From assembly GCF_006345805.1 (NCBI RefSeq), contig NC_042998.1, positions 155,744,001 through 155,808,000 on the forward strand: a stretch of DNA of 64,000 nucleotides. Direction: 5' to 3'. Made by a program: the position numbers and the translations under genes. Shown one piece after another: positions 1-12,586 of this stretch. The first letter of the stretch is position 1. Every line of letters begins with the position of its first letter. The notes beneath the pieces were generated by a model. The model was not told where the DNA came from and did no database searches. It saw only the letters and a program-made list of their open reading frames with translations. Source of the stretch: Octopus sinensis. Its lineage: Eukaryota.

Positions 1-330
1 GTGTCTGTGTGTATGTGTGTCCGTATGAGTGTATGTAAGTATGTGTGTGTGTATATGTGTGTGTATGGGTGTATGTATGTATCTATGTATGTGTGTGTAT
101 GTGTGTGTGTGTATGTATGTATGTGTAGAAGTGTGTGTGTGTGCATGTGTGTGCGCGTGCATGCGAGTGTGTATGTAAGTATGTGTGTGTGTATGTATGT
201 GTGAGTGTGTATGTGTGTATGCCTGTGTGTATGTGTGTCCGTATGAGTATGTAAGTATGTGTGTGTGTATGTGTGTATGTGTATGAGTGTATGTATGTAT
301 GTATGTGTGTGTGTGTATGTATTTGTGGAA

Positions 331-362
<32 letters not shown>

Positions 363-1730
363 GTGTGTATGTATGTATGTGTGCATGCGTGTGCGTGTGT
401 GCGTATGTATGTATGCGTGCATGCGTGTATGTGTGTGTATGTATGCATGTGCGTATGTATGTGTGTGTGTGTGTGCATGTGTGTAAGTATATGTGTATGT
501 GCGTATATATGTGTGTATGTGTGTGTCTATGTATGTGTGTGTGTATGTATGTATGTGTGTAGGCGTGAGTGTATAGGTGTATGTATGTGTGTATGTATGT
601 ATGGGTGTGTGTCTGTGTATGTTTGTGTGTGTGTGTGTATGTATGTCTGTATGAGTGAAGGTATGAATGTATGTAAGTGTGTGTGTGTACGTATGTAATG
701 TATGTATGTATGCGTGTGTGTGTGTGTGTATGTATGCGTGTGTGTGTGTATGTATGCGTGTGCGTGTGTATGTAGGTGCGTATGTAAGTATGTGGGAGTG
801 TAGGTGCGTGTGTGTGTATGTGTGCGTGTGCGTGTATATGTGGGTGTGTGTGTATGTGTGTGTGAGTGTATGGGTGTATGTCATGCATGTGTGTGCGCGT
901 GCAGGCGAGTGTGTGTGTAAGTATGTGTGTGTATGTATGTGTGTGTGTGTATGTCTGTGTGTATGTGTGTCCGTATGAGAGTATGTAAGTATGTGTGTAT
1001 ATGTGTATGTGCATGGGTGTATGTATGTATGTATGTGTGTGTGTATGTATGTATGTGTGTATATGTGGAAGTGTGTGTGTGTATGTATGTGTGCATGCGT
1101 GTGTGTGTGTGTATGTATGCGTGCATGCGTGTATGTGTGTGTATGTATGCATGCATGCATGTGCGTATGTATGTGTGTGTGTGTGTGCATGTATGTAAGT
1201 ATATGTGTATGTGTGTGTATGTGTGTGTGTATGTATGTGTGTAGGCGTGTGTGTATAGGTGTATGTGTGTATGTATGTATGGGTGTGTGTCTGTGTATGT
1301 TTGTGTGTGTGTATGTATGTATGAGTGAAGGTATGAATGTATGTAAGTGTGTGTGTATGAATGTATGTAAGTGTGTGTGTGTAAGTATGTAATGTATGTA
1401 TGTATGCGTGTGTGTGTATGTATGCGTGTGCGTGTGTATGTAGGTGCGTATGTATGTATGTGGGAGTGTAGATGTGTGTGTGTGTATGTGTGCGTATGCG
1501 TGTATATGTGGGTGTGTGTGTATGTGTGTGTGAGTGTATGGGTGTGTGTCTGTGTGTATGTATGTCTTATGTATGTATGTGTGTGTATGTATGTGTGTGT
1601 ATGTGTGTATGTGTGTAGGTATGTATGTGTGTGTGTATGTATGTATATGTGTAAGTGTGTGTGCGTGTATGTATGTAGGTATGTAGGTGCGCGCACGTGC
1701 ATGCATGCATGTGTGTGTGTATGTATGTAC
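1..1730. repeat. Compound (TG)n/(TATG)n microsatellite with higher-order blocks
   Basis: Almost pure TG/TATG; longer blocks such as gtgtctgtgtgtatgtgtgtccgtatgag recur near 1, 230 and 955. All ORFs here are CV/MY or HT dipeptide artefacts. Confidence 0.95.
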
Positions 1731-2320
1731 ACACACACACACGAAGCAAGCTCCCACACACAACACACAAACAACACAACGCACACATATGGAGCCGACC
1801 CGACCCCAGGTCCGTGTCGAAGCGCGCGCGCGCGGACCCCCGGACACCCACACCACGAGAACCGAAGATCCATCAACCCCTAAACCCAAAAGAAAGGGGG
1901 TGCGCCAGGATGCAAATATATGTATGTGTGCGTGCATTCGTGTAAACGTGTGCGTGTGTAGGTATGTATGTATGTATGCGTATGTGCATGCGTGTATGTG
2001 TGCATGTGTGTGTGTGTATGTATGTATGTATGTAAAGTATGTATGTACAATGTGTGTGTGTGTGTATGTGTGTATGTATGTGCGTATGTATGTATGTGTG
2101 TATGTATGTATGTATGTATGTATGTATGTATGTACGTAGATGTGTATACGTATGTGTGTGTGTGTGTGAACGGGCGTGTGTGTGTGCGCGTGGGTATGTA
2201 TAGGTGTGGAAGTATGTGTGCGTACAAGTGAGTAAGTAGGTTGTGTGTGTGTGGTGTGTTGGAGGTAGGTGTGTTGGAAGTAGGTATGTGGGGAGGGGTG
2301 TTTTTTCGAAAAAAAAAGCC

Positions 2321-3058
2321 CTAAGAGGAGGGGTCTGTGTTGAGTCCCTGTGGGGTAGTTGTTTGTAGGGTGAAGATGTAGCGTTGCTCCAAGTGGAGCC
2401 TAGATAGTGGACGACCGGTGTGTGGGGCGAGACCAAACACAGAGATGTCATCAGGGGAATGGCTGGTCGAGCGGAAGTGGCGTGTGACGGGAGAAAAAGA
2501 ACGTAGGCGAACGTCCCTCAGATGTTCGGCGAATCGGTCAGACAACCGGCGTCCCGTCTGTCCTACATACAGCATCCCGCATAGTTTGCATTTAATACAG
2601 TATATGAGGCCAGACGAGGTGCACGTAAAAGAATGTCTGATACGTACAGTTCGCTGGTTGGAGCCGGTGACAGCAGTGGTGTTGGTGATGAAGGGGCAGG
2701 TGTTGCAGCGGGATCTAGAGCACGGGAATGATCCGTGTGGGGCTGAGGAGGAAGGAGAGAGGGTGCTATGGACCAGGAGGTTGCGTAGATTCCGGGCTCC
2801 TTTGAAGGAGGACAGGGTGGGTTGGGGGAAATGGGGCGGGTCGTGGGATCGAGCTGGAGGCGGCGGAAGGCACGTAGTATCTTCCGACGAAGGGGTAGAG
2901 TAGAGGGTGGAAAAGGAGGGGAAAGAACGCAAAACATCCGGACAGTAAGGTGATACAAAAATGGGACAACTAAACATCCAGATAGACGGTGCAAAGAAAA
3001 CAAGGACGCGCCATTCGAAGTTTTCTTTCTTCAGTCGAGTACCAGATTGTCTTCGCAA
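2321..3058 (-). pseudogene. Penelope-like element GIY-YIG endonuclease C-terminal remnant
   Basis: ORF contains CxxC (CSRSRCNTC), IYCIKCKLCGMLYVGQTGRRLSDRFAEH and RLHLEQRYI, typical of the PLE GIY-YIG domain. No RT is attached. Confidence 0.85.
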
Positions 3059-3127
3059 TTTCGGCTGATTATATTCAAGATTGCTCCAAGATTAGCCAGA
3101 TCGGAGCAATCTCGACTATAATCACTA

Positions 3128-3406
3128 ACCTGCTCTGGATGGCAAAAGCAATACATAGGTCAAACAAAAAACAATCTGCGTAAAAGAATGGCTCTGCACA
3201 GATCCAAGATCAAAATTCCCCAAAACAGAAAAATAGCATTCAGCCAACACATCAACATTTGCGCCACTAACAAAAATCCAAGCTTCAGAATTTTCCCCCT
3301 CTATTAATTCAGGGACGATACAACCTGTAGCCAACGAATTACAAAATACAGACCCCTTTTGAACGCATGTACAACAAACGACATATCCACCACGGCCTTA
3401 GAATAA
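3128..3406 (+). pseudogene. Second, divergently oriented PLE GIY-YIG remnant
   Basis: Manual translation: TCSGWQKQYIGQTKNNLRKRMALHRSKIKIPQNRKIAFSQHINIC...FRIFPLY*...ITKYRPLLN. In-frame stop at 3305; similar to the 9400-9668 endonuclease end. Confidence 0.75.
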
Positions 3407-4032
3407 CACAAACACACACGCAAATATTTAAAATGATACACTCAAGAGATTCCCAAGAATTCATTAAAAAACAGTCCCAATCACTGCTATAATCCACAAC
3501 GAATCACTTTTAGGTCACTTGACCATTTAACACCTTACTACTATCATACTACCTACATTCCTTCTTATTCTCCCGTTTCCTTCTCTTTCTTTCTACCACC
3601 TCCTTCAGGAATTCAACAATTACTACTACCATCCACAGCGGATGCTATCGGGGCAGTTGGCCATACTACTGTCATGGCACTCCCACATTCTTCTTCTTTT
3701 CTTCTTCTTCTTCTTCTTCTTCTTCTTCTTCTTCTTCTTCTTCTTCTTTCCTACAAAGAATTCACAACGACCTCGAACACACAAGCGTAAACAAGAGAGA
3801 GAGAAACGGACACAAACAAGGAAAATGCCACTTGTATTTGAACACTATGTAAATATTCTTTTAAAAAAACCTTTTCTTTTAATTTTTCCAAAATTTAATT
3901 GTTTTCCATACTTATAGTTGAAAAAGTCTCAATGACTGAAACCGGTATTGAAATGTTTTTTTATAAAATTATATTAGCATTTTCTATCTTGACTTTTGTT
4001 TCCATATATATATATATATATAATATATATAT

Positions 4033-4900
4033 TGTTACGAAATCCCACCTGCCGTCGCTCAAACTCTTCGAAAAAACCCGGGACCCTACCAAGTCGAGCG
4101 ACGACGATTCACCGGCCCGATCGATCGGCGAACTCGCCACGGACTCAAGGAGAGAGAGACAATTCGGTGGGAGAAAGGCGGCAGCAAACCCGACAGGACC
4201 GGCGACCGGAGATAACAACAACAACAACAACAACAACAGCAGGAAGAGACACCAAGAGAGACGGCTGAAGGCAATTGGCTTACATTTAACAACAGTTTAT
4301 ACAATTATTACAACATCAAATAAAATACATGCAAGGAAACAACGAATCAAAGCATTTAAACATGCAGATACAGTTCAATACATTTCAGATCAAATAATCT
4401 TCACGATACAGTCCAATGTTCAAATCACAACAGTTCAATACATTAAAGTCTTTCTCTTTCTTTTACATTTCAATACAACCCAACAACACATTTCTTTATA
4501 ATCTCTGTTCATTTCTTTTCTTCCTCTTTTCCTTAATTCACAGTTCTTTACACATATCAAACATAAACAACATATACCATTTCAACTCCTATTATAATAG
4601 CCGTGCCTTCTATCCGTCATAATCCCTCTTTCGCTCTCAGTCCTCTGTGTATGTCGTTCTCAACGCTTTCACTGTCACTCTCTCACCTGTCATCCCTCAG
4701 ATTGTCTGTCTGTCTTTCTCTACTGACCGCCTCCTCCGGCCTCTTTTGCTGTCTCAACAGAACTCCTCAACTGCCCTGTTACCAACTCACTGTCTCCGGC
4801 CGAACTGTCACAAACTCACAGCTCGTCGCTTTTTAAAGGGTAGCTTCCTTGACCCTTCTTTGACCTGGTAAAGGGTAGAGGTCTTTCCGAAAGCCATTAC
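4033..4900 (-). mobile_element. Probable solo LTR
   Basis: Minus strand ends ...TTTCGTAACA and starts near (A)GTAATGG. GC-richer non-coding block with a TTTAAAAA box at about 4830. No TSD verified. Confidence 0.4.
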
Positions 4901-5013
4901 TCTTTTGTGAATCTGACAGAACAAAGGACAATAACTTTAGATTCCAGACTTTCACACTACAAACGAGCAAAGTAGGTCATAGCAGTTGTTTCCTAGTTGA
5001 CCTACTCATATCA

Positions 5014-5057
<44 letters not shown>

Positions 5058-5058
<1 letters not shown>

Positions 5059-5354
5059 GAGGTGCAATGGCCTAGTGGTTAGGGCAGCGGACTTGCGGTC
5101 GCAGGATTGTGGTTTCGATTCCCAGACCAGGTGTTGTAAGTGTTTATTGAGCGAAAACACCTAAAAGCTCCACGATGCTCCGGCAAGGGGTGGTGATCCC
5201 TGCTGTACTTTTTCACCATTCTTCCTTTCACTCTTTCTTCTGTTGGCCTGCTCGCTTAGCCAGCGGGATGGCATCATTCGAAGGCAAAAACAATACGAAC
5301 GCATTGTGACCAGCGATGTGTAGCAACATCTGATGGTCTGGTCGGTCACGTGAT

Positions 5355-5362
<8 letters not shown>
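5058..5362 (+). mobile_element. tRNA-derived SINE
   Basis: A box TGGCCTAGTGG and B box GGTTTCGATTCCC, followed by a non-tRNA body that ends in (TA)n. Confidence 0.85.
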
Positions 5363-5394
<32 letters not shown>

Positions 5395-5628
5395 TAGACC
5401 CCCCCTTGGAGTAAGCATGCTGTCCAGCAGAGCAAAAAAATTCTTTTCTTCTTCTTCCCTCTCCCTTCCCCTCTTTTTCTTTAGCACTCATTCCCAATAC
5501 AAACACACACACACACATACATGCTCTCTCTCTCTCTCACTTTCTTCTCATCTTGTACTGTCTTATATTCCTCCCCAACCACTAAAACCTCAATACCACT
5601 ATAAAATGGTCAAAACTTTTCACACAGG

Positions 5629-5690
5629 AACTTAGTTTGATTTGAAAACCCCACTAGAATGGGAGAAAGCGCTAATACATGTTCTAAGTT
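5629..5690 (+). ncRNA. Candidate type I hammerhead ribozyme (U3-A8 core) in pLTR
   Basis: AACTTAG..AT TTGAAAA CCCC-ACTAGAAT-GGGA GAAA GCGC TA / AT..CTAAGTT. Palindromic AGCGCT stem III; proximal stem I is weak. Confidence 0.45.
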
Positions 5691-7734
5691 ATATGATGTA
5701 TAAAAAATGTAATATACAAATAAATATCTGTAAATATAAACCATCCGATTTTCTGAGTACCTCATTTCTTCTAATATAAAATACCTGTACATCATCTCCA
5801 AACCTCCCAATACATATATTTGGATGTACAAGACATCAGAATGGATGGACTAATATCAGATCCACAAATAAAAGATACCAAAAAATACAGAAAACATCGA
5901 AAAGAATGGAACAGAATCAGACCCAAAACAGGCTTATACCAAACACGCAGAAGACCTAACACAAATCTGCAAAATATGCAATACCAAAATAAATAAGACA
6001 GAAGCACATCTTCAACAGGGGAATACCAGAATCATGGAAGATCTGCTCACAGAAACCTCTAGTAAGTTGAATTCACTTCTTTCAAAAATTGATACACTCT
6101 TTGCAAACATTGCTTTAACAATAAATACGATCCAAACACAAAATATTCTCTCCAAAAATAATCAAGCAAACACAACTGACAACACAAATCTTTTGGCGGG
6201 ACCACCCCAATCACAAAGGAAAACAAACGATGAAGAAACAAAAACTGACACAAACCAAGAAAAACCTTCAAATCCCCAAGACTGGAACAAACTTCTAAAC
6301 CAATGTAAACATACTTATTGGAAAAGCATACGCTGTAAGAACATAGCCAACATATACCAAAACTGGCGGGACATGAAGAACCCAATACTCCCTAGAAAAT
6401 TCCTTATCAAAGAAATAAGGGCTGAAATACTAGAAGAAACAACAATACGTGCAAACCTAGCCCTTTGCCGACTAGAAACAGAAATTTCCCTTCTACAAAC
6501 ACGAAGCACACACCAGGAAGATAAGATTAAAACAATTGATACCGTCGTAATGGCTGAGATAACAGAAAGGAACAATAACCAAAACAAAGAAAAACTACAA
6601 CAATTAGGGAAAGAGGATACCAAACGAGAGGAGGAAAGATCCGGAATTATGTGGACCAAACAACAGGAATGGTTTTTAAACTACGAAAAGAACTATGGGG
6701 AAAAATCAATTATAAAGACAAAAAACTACCAAAGCAAATGAAAAGATACAACAAACTAAAACCATGAACATATTGGACTCCCAGACATCCAAATAAGCCC
6801 TACCAAACACAAACCAAAATCCCGCTCCTTACACTGCCGAACCCCCCAATAAACAGACACACAAAATATGAAAGACGACCATCAACCCAAAACCCCACAA
6901 AGACAAACACACAAGCAGCAAGACGAGCACGATACATACAACCAACAACCTATAACACTTGGAGAGAACAAATAGAATATGAACAACCACCAACACATAA
7001 CACTGGACATCCTAAAAGGACACACACATAGAACAATAAACAAGTGGATAGAAATCAACACATAACCTACAACAAACATCGAGGAAATCCAAACCACACA
7101 AACACCAACCCCATGCAACCCCACAAATTTACAAGATGGATAAAAAACAACCCCCACTATCAATACAATACAAACACAATACATGAACCATCCACCTACC
7201 CACAAAGAAACCTGAACCCCAGTAATAGAAATTGGCTCAACAAACACAGAAGATGCGAAAAAACAACTACCAAAGACAAAACAACACATACAGACCACAC
7301 AGACCATCCCTACTACAAGTATACCTAAGAGCTGAAAATGGAATTTGGAGACGCAACAACACAACCCCATTTTTAGAGAAAGGATTCTTCAACCATACTC
7401 CAGACCCAATACACCAAAAATTCCGGATGAACACACAAAATACATAGACCCCAAAATAATAAACCTATCTAAAAGAGAACTTAAAGAAAGTGAAATGAAC
7501 CTACTACTAAAAGGCCTCAAATTTACACCTACACCCACTCCAAACCTCATAGAACTAAAACTGATATAGACAACTTCAGCCGCCACCTCTGCCTTATGGA
7601 ATTCTTTGAAAATAAAGAAACAGAAGATAACTCAATCATAAGAAAAGATCCCATTTCACCCCTTACAAGGGAAGTGACAAACACCTTGACACATACATAG
7701 AGACAATATCCAAATTCCCTCTCAACACACACAA

Positions 7735-9668
7735 ATGCAAACAGAATTTCCGCAGAGGAGAAAAAAACCCTTACAAAAACTAAAAAATGACAAGTCAATC
7801 ATTATAAAAGAAACTGACAAAGGTGGAGCAATAGTTATTATGGATACAGATTACTACAAAGAAAAGATACTGGAGTTGCTGAACAACCAGACGTACAATA
7901 AAGAGGAACCAACACCACCGGAGAAAGCAACAATAAAAAAAATTAGAACTTTAGTCAATGAATACCAGGACTCCTTTACAGATAAGGAGAAAAACTATCT
8001 ATGCAACTAAGAACCAAAGTTAGCAACTTTTATGGATTACCTAAAATTCATAAAAGCTCTGAAATACAGAGAGCCATAAAGGAACAGAGGAACCACTATA
8101 TAAGAATACAAAGGCCTGCAGACCTCACAATGAGACCAATAGTGGCAGGACCCCAGGCACCAACACAAAAACTAAGCCACTTCATAGATGTACTCCTCAA
8201 ACCTTTATGCCCACAGATAGCAAGCTACATAAGGGATGACATAGACTTCCTCACAAACATTCCAAATACAGTCCCGAAAAACACCATACTTGCAAGCTTC
8301 GATGTCACAAATCTATACACAAACATACCACACACCCTAGGTCTGGAAGCAATAAAACAATCGGTAAAAAAATACAGGGAACTCATAGACGAACGTTTCA
8401 AGACAGACGTTATCACCCAAGCCACCCAATTAATACTCGAAGAAAATACATTCTCATTCAACAACAAGACATACCGACAGCTAAAAGGAATGGCTATGGG
8501 TACAAAATTCGCACCTTCATATGCCAACCTGGTGATGGGTTTCCTGGAGAACAAACTATACGATGAAATAGGGAAAGTCTTCGAACACGACTTCAGAGAA
8601 GACATCAAGAAAAGTGGAAACGCTACCTTGATGACTGCTTCATGTTTTGGAACAGATCAGAAGAAGACCTATGAACATTCCACAACATCCTCAACATGCT
8701 GCACCCATCTATCAACTTCACAATAGATACCAGCCACAACGGACTTCCCTTGCTAGACATCAACATCAAAATACACAACTCCAGCATCACAACAGACATC
8801 CACAACAAAAAACTGACAGACACCAATATTTAAATTTCCACTCCTGCCACCCATCCCACATAAAAAGAAACATTCCATATAGTATGGCAAGACGAATATG
8901 TAGCATAGTAACTGACTCACAAACATGACTAATAAGACTAGATGAACTTAAGAACTTCCTACTAGAGCAAAAATACCCCCTTAAACTAATAGAAAATGGA
9001 ATCACAAGAGCAATGAAACTAGACATCGCACAACTCAGGACACCCAAAACAAAAAACAAAGAAAACATTATCCCTTTCATAAACACGCACAACCCTGGAG
9101 TTACCAACATGTTCCAAATCATACATTCAAACCTGCCAATAGCCTTACAAAACCCCAAAATGGAAAACATACTAAACAAATATTGCATAAAAAACAGTAG
9201 ACGACAAGACAAAAACCTAAAGAAACATCTAACAAGAGCGAAATTCTCATCAGAAACTAAAACTGAATTCTTTGCAAAAGAGTGCGGAGATGGTAGATGT
9301 GGGATCTGCAGCAACCCCACCTACAAATACATAGAGGGAGACAAAGAAATGAAATTTAAAAGTGGTCACGTATTTAAAGTAAATGCAGATATGAACTGAA
9401 AGACGCAGAACGTAATATACTGCATAACCTGCTCCACGTGCAAGTAGGATTAACTGGAAATTCTTTGTGCCAGCGAGCCAGGATTCACCGTCAACATGTT
9501 CGGCAGGAAGAACTGTGTAAGATACCACTGAGTACATACCTAGCTACATGTGGAGAAGGAAAATTTAAGATCTTTCCCTTCTACAAATGTCCGAAGAACG
9601 ACACCTCTTTCAGGAGGAATATGGAAAAATATTTCATAACTAAGTTCTCCCCCAAATTGAATGGCTGA
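7735..9668 (+). pseudogene. PLE reverse transcriptase plus GIY-YIG, disrupted
   Basis: IIIKETDKGGAIVIMD, FYGLPKIHK, MRPIVAG, ASFDVTNLYTNIPH, GMAMGTKFAPSYANLVMG, HIKRNIPYSMARRIC, CGDGRCGIC. Several frameshifts. Confidence 0.92.
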
Positions 9669-9714
9669 AAATATCTCTATAATAAGCTGTACCAGATGAA
9701 GGACCAAATTTTCT

Positions 9715-10000
9715 AAGTAAACTGTGTTAAACACACACAGAGTTCTACACATGTTTTGGTTTTTGAAAATACAACATTGAACAAAGGCTATCCTAATATT
9801 TGAATGAAACCATTTCACTTTAATTTGTGGAACCAGTTGCTCCTGTATGATGAAACTTAATATTTATTTAACTGCCAATCAGTGATATATTAGACTAAAT
9901 CAATTGAAGATCAAACAACAGACTCAGTAGTTGTCAATTTGTATTCTATCATTTGTAAATTCAACACAAGAAAGTCTCTTTTTCAAGTATGGACTGTATT

Positions 10001-10043
<43 letters not shown>

Positions 10044-10300
10044 TCAACACATATGTTTTAATTTTTGAAAATACAACATTGAACAAAGGATATTCTAATA
10101 TTTGAATGAAACCATTTCACTTTAATTTGTGGAACCAGCTGCTCCTGTATGATAAAATTTAATATTTATTTAATCAGTGAGATATTAGACTAAATCAATT
10201 GAAGATCAGACAACAGACTCAGTAGTTGTCAGTTTGTATTCTGTTATTTGTAACTTCAACACAAGAGAGTCTCTTTTTCAAGTATGGACTATATGAAATT
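9715..10300 (+). repeat. Two diverged tandem copies (about 290 bp) in the PLE 3' region
   Basis: ttttgaaaatacaacattgaacaaagg...actcagtagttgtca...gtatggact occurs at about 9760-9995 and 10062-10290. Confidence 0.8.
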
Positions 10301-10385
10301 TTACTCATCATACATTGAAGGACAAGTCTTTCAATTTACAATTTAATATAGTGGAGCATTTAGTATATGTGTGTGTGTATATATA

Positions 10386-12519
10386 TCATCATTCATTTAG
10401 TGTCCGTTTTCCATGCTAGCATGGGTTGGACGGTTCAACTGGGGTCTGGGGAGCCCGAAGGCTGCACCAGGCCAGTCAGATCTGGCAGTGTTTCTACAGC
10501 TGGATGCCCTTCCTAACGCCAACCACTCCGAGAGTGTAGTGGGTGATTTTATGTGCCACCGACACAGGTGCCAGACGAGGCTGGCGAACGGCCACGCTCG
10601 GATGGTGTTTTTTATGTGCCACCGACACAGGTGCCAGACGAGGCTGGCAGACGGCCACGCTCGGATGGTGTTTTTATGTGCCACCGACACAGGTGCCAGA
10701 TGAGGCTGGCGAACGGCCACGATCGGATGGTGTTTGTTACGTGCCCGCAGCACAGAGGCCAGTCGATGCGGTACTGGCTACGGCCACGTTCAGATGGTTT
10801 TCTTGCGTGCCACCGGCACTGGTACCACAAAGATATAAATTCCATTGATGTTCATCTATTTTGATTTGTTTTGATTGATTTTCACTTGCCTCAACAGGTC
10901 TTCACAAGTGTCACAAGAAGGAAGGTATGCACAGGTGGACTGACTACGTCCCAGGTAGAGGCCACGGGTTATGGCCTGACTAGTCTTGCCGGGTCTTCGG
11001 ATGGTGTTTTTATGTGCCAACGACACAGGTGCCAGATGAGGCTGGCAAACGGCCACGATCGGATGGTGTTTGTTACTTGCCCACAGCACGGAGGCCAGTC
11101 GATGCGGTACTGGCTACGGCCACGTTCGGATAGTTTTCTTGTGTGCCACAAAGATACAAATTCCATTGATGTTCATCTATTTTGATTTGTTTTGATTTGA
11201 TTTTCACTTGCCTCAACAGGTCTTCACAAGTGTCACAAGAAGGAAGGTATGCACAGGTGGACTGACTACGTCCCAGGTAGAGGCCACGGGTTATGGCCTG
11301 ACTAGTCTTGCCGGGTCTTCGGATGGTGTTTTTATGTGCCACCGACACAGGTGCCAGATGAGGCTGGCGAACGGCCACGATCGGATGGTGTTTGTTATGT
11401 GCCCACAGCACGGAGCTCAGTCGATGTGGTACTGGCTACGGCCACATTCAGATGGTTTTCTTGTGTGCCACCGGCACTGGTATCACAAAGATACAAATTC
11501 CATTGATGTTCATCTATTTTGATTTGTTTTGATTGATTTTCACTTGCCTCAACAGGTCTTCACAAGTGTCACAAGAAGGAAGGTATGCACAGGTGGACTG
11601 ACTACGTCCCAGGTAGAGGCCACGGGTTATGGCCTGACTAGTCTAGCCGGGTCTTCGGATGGTGTTTTTATGTGCCAACGACACAGGTGCCAGATGAGGC
11701 TGGCGAAACGGCCACGATCGGATGGTGTTTGTTACTTGCCCACAGCACGGAGGCCAGTCGATGCGGTACTGGCTACGGCCACGTTCGGATAGTTTTCTTG
11801 TGTGCCACCGACACTGGTACCACAAAGATACAAATTCCATTGATGTTCATCTATTTTGATTTGTTTTGATTTGATTTTCACTTGCCTCAAAAGGTCTTCA
11901 CAAGTGTCACAAGAAGGAAGGTATGCACAGGCCACGGGTTATGGCCTGACTAGTTTTGCCGGGTCTTCGGATGGTGTTTTTATGTGCCACCGACACAGGT
12001 GCCAGATGAGGCTGGCAAACGGCCACGATCGGATGGTGTTTGTTACTTGCCCATAGCACAGAGGCCAGTCGATGCGGTACTGGCTACCGCCACGTTTGGA
12101 TGGTTTTCTTGTGTGCCACAAAGATACAAATTCCATTGATGTTCATCTATTTTGATTTGTTTTGATTGATTTTCACTTGCCTCAACAGGTCTTCACAAGT
12201 GTCACATTCAGATGGTTTTCTTGTGTGCCACCGGCACTGGTATCACAAAGATACAAATTCCATTGATGTTCATCTATTTTGATTTGTTTTGATTTTCACT
12301 TGCCTCAAAAGGTCTTCACAAGTGTCACAAGAAGGAAGGTATGCACAGGTGGACTGACTACGTCCCAGGTAGGGGCCACGGGTTATGGCCTGACTAGTCT
12401 TGCCGGGTCTTCGGATGGTGTTTTTATGTGCCAACGACACAGGTGCCAGATGAGGCTGGCGAACGGCCACGATCGGATGGTGTTTGTTACGTGCCCACAA
12501 ACACCATCCGATCGTGGCC

Positions 12520-12520
<1 letters not shown>
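10386..12520 (-). mobile_element. RTE LINE 3' end with tandem-amplified 3' UTR units
   Basis: (GAT)n tail and GGGCATCCAGCTGTAGAAAC motif, as at 16455 and 45968. About 58-bp subrepeats, and about 330-bp units with junctions near 10998, 11320, 11656, 11968 and 12412. Confidence 0.88.
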
Positions 12521-12584
<64 letters not shown>

Positions 12585-12586
12585 TG

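Larger units (their letters stand above)
5393..9668 (+). mobile_element. Near full-length, frameshifted Penelope-like retroelement (5' pLTR, N-terminal region, RT, GIY-YIG)
   Basis: 5' block 5393-5790 is repeated at 13840-14310. ORF pieces at 6034-6741, 7735-8010, 8001-8726, 9013-9399 and 9438-9668 give a PLE polyprotein in the expected order. Confidence 0.88.

Noticed and set aside
1-2230. Long ORFs such as 331 aa (881-1876)
   Set aside because: HT/CV/MY dipeptide translations of microsatellite. The same applies at 22.4-23.4k, 50.7-51.1k and 55.3-60.6k.
2418-2903. 161-aa plus-strand ORF
   Set aside because: Antisense shadow of the GIY-YIG frame. The same applies to the antisense ORFs over the RTE and CR1 RT regions.
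5058-5130. tRNA gene
   Set aside because: A and B boxes are present but there is no complete cloverleaf, and the sequence continues into a SINE body.
10550-10740. About 58-bp direct repeats that look like a CRISPR array
   Set aside because: No unique spacers and no cas genes; they are subrepeats of the RTE 3' UTR seen in every copy.
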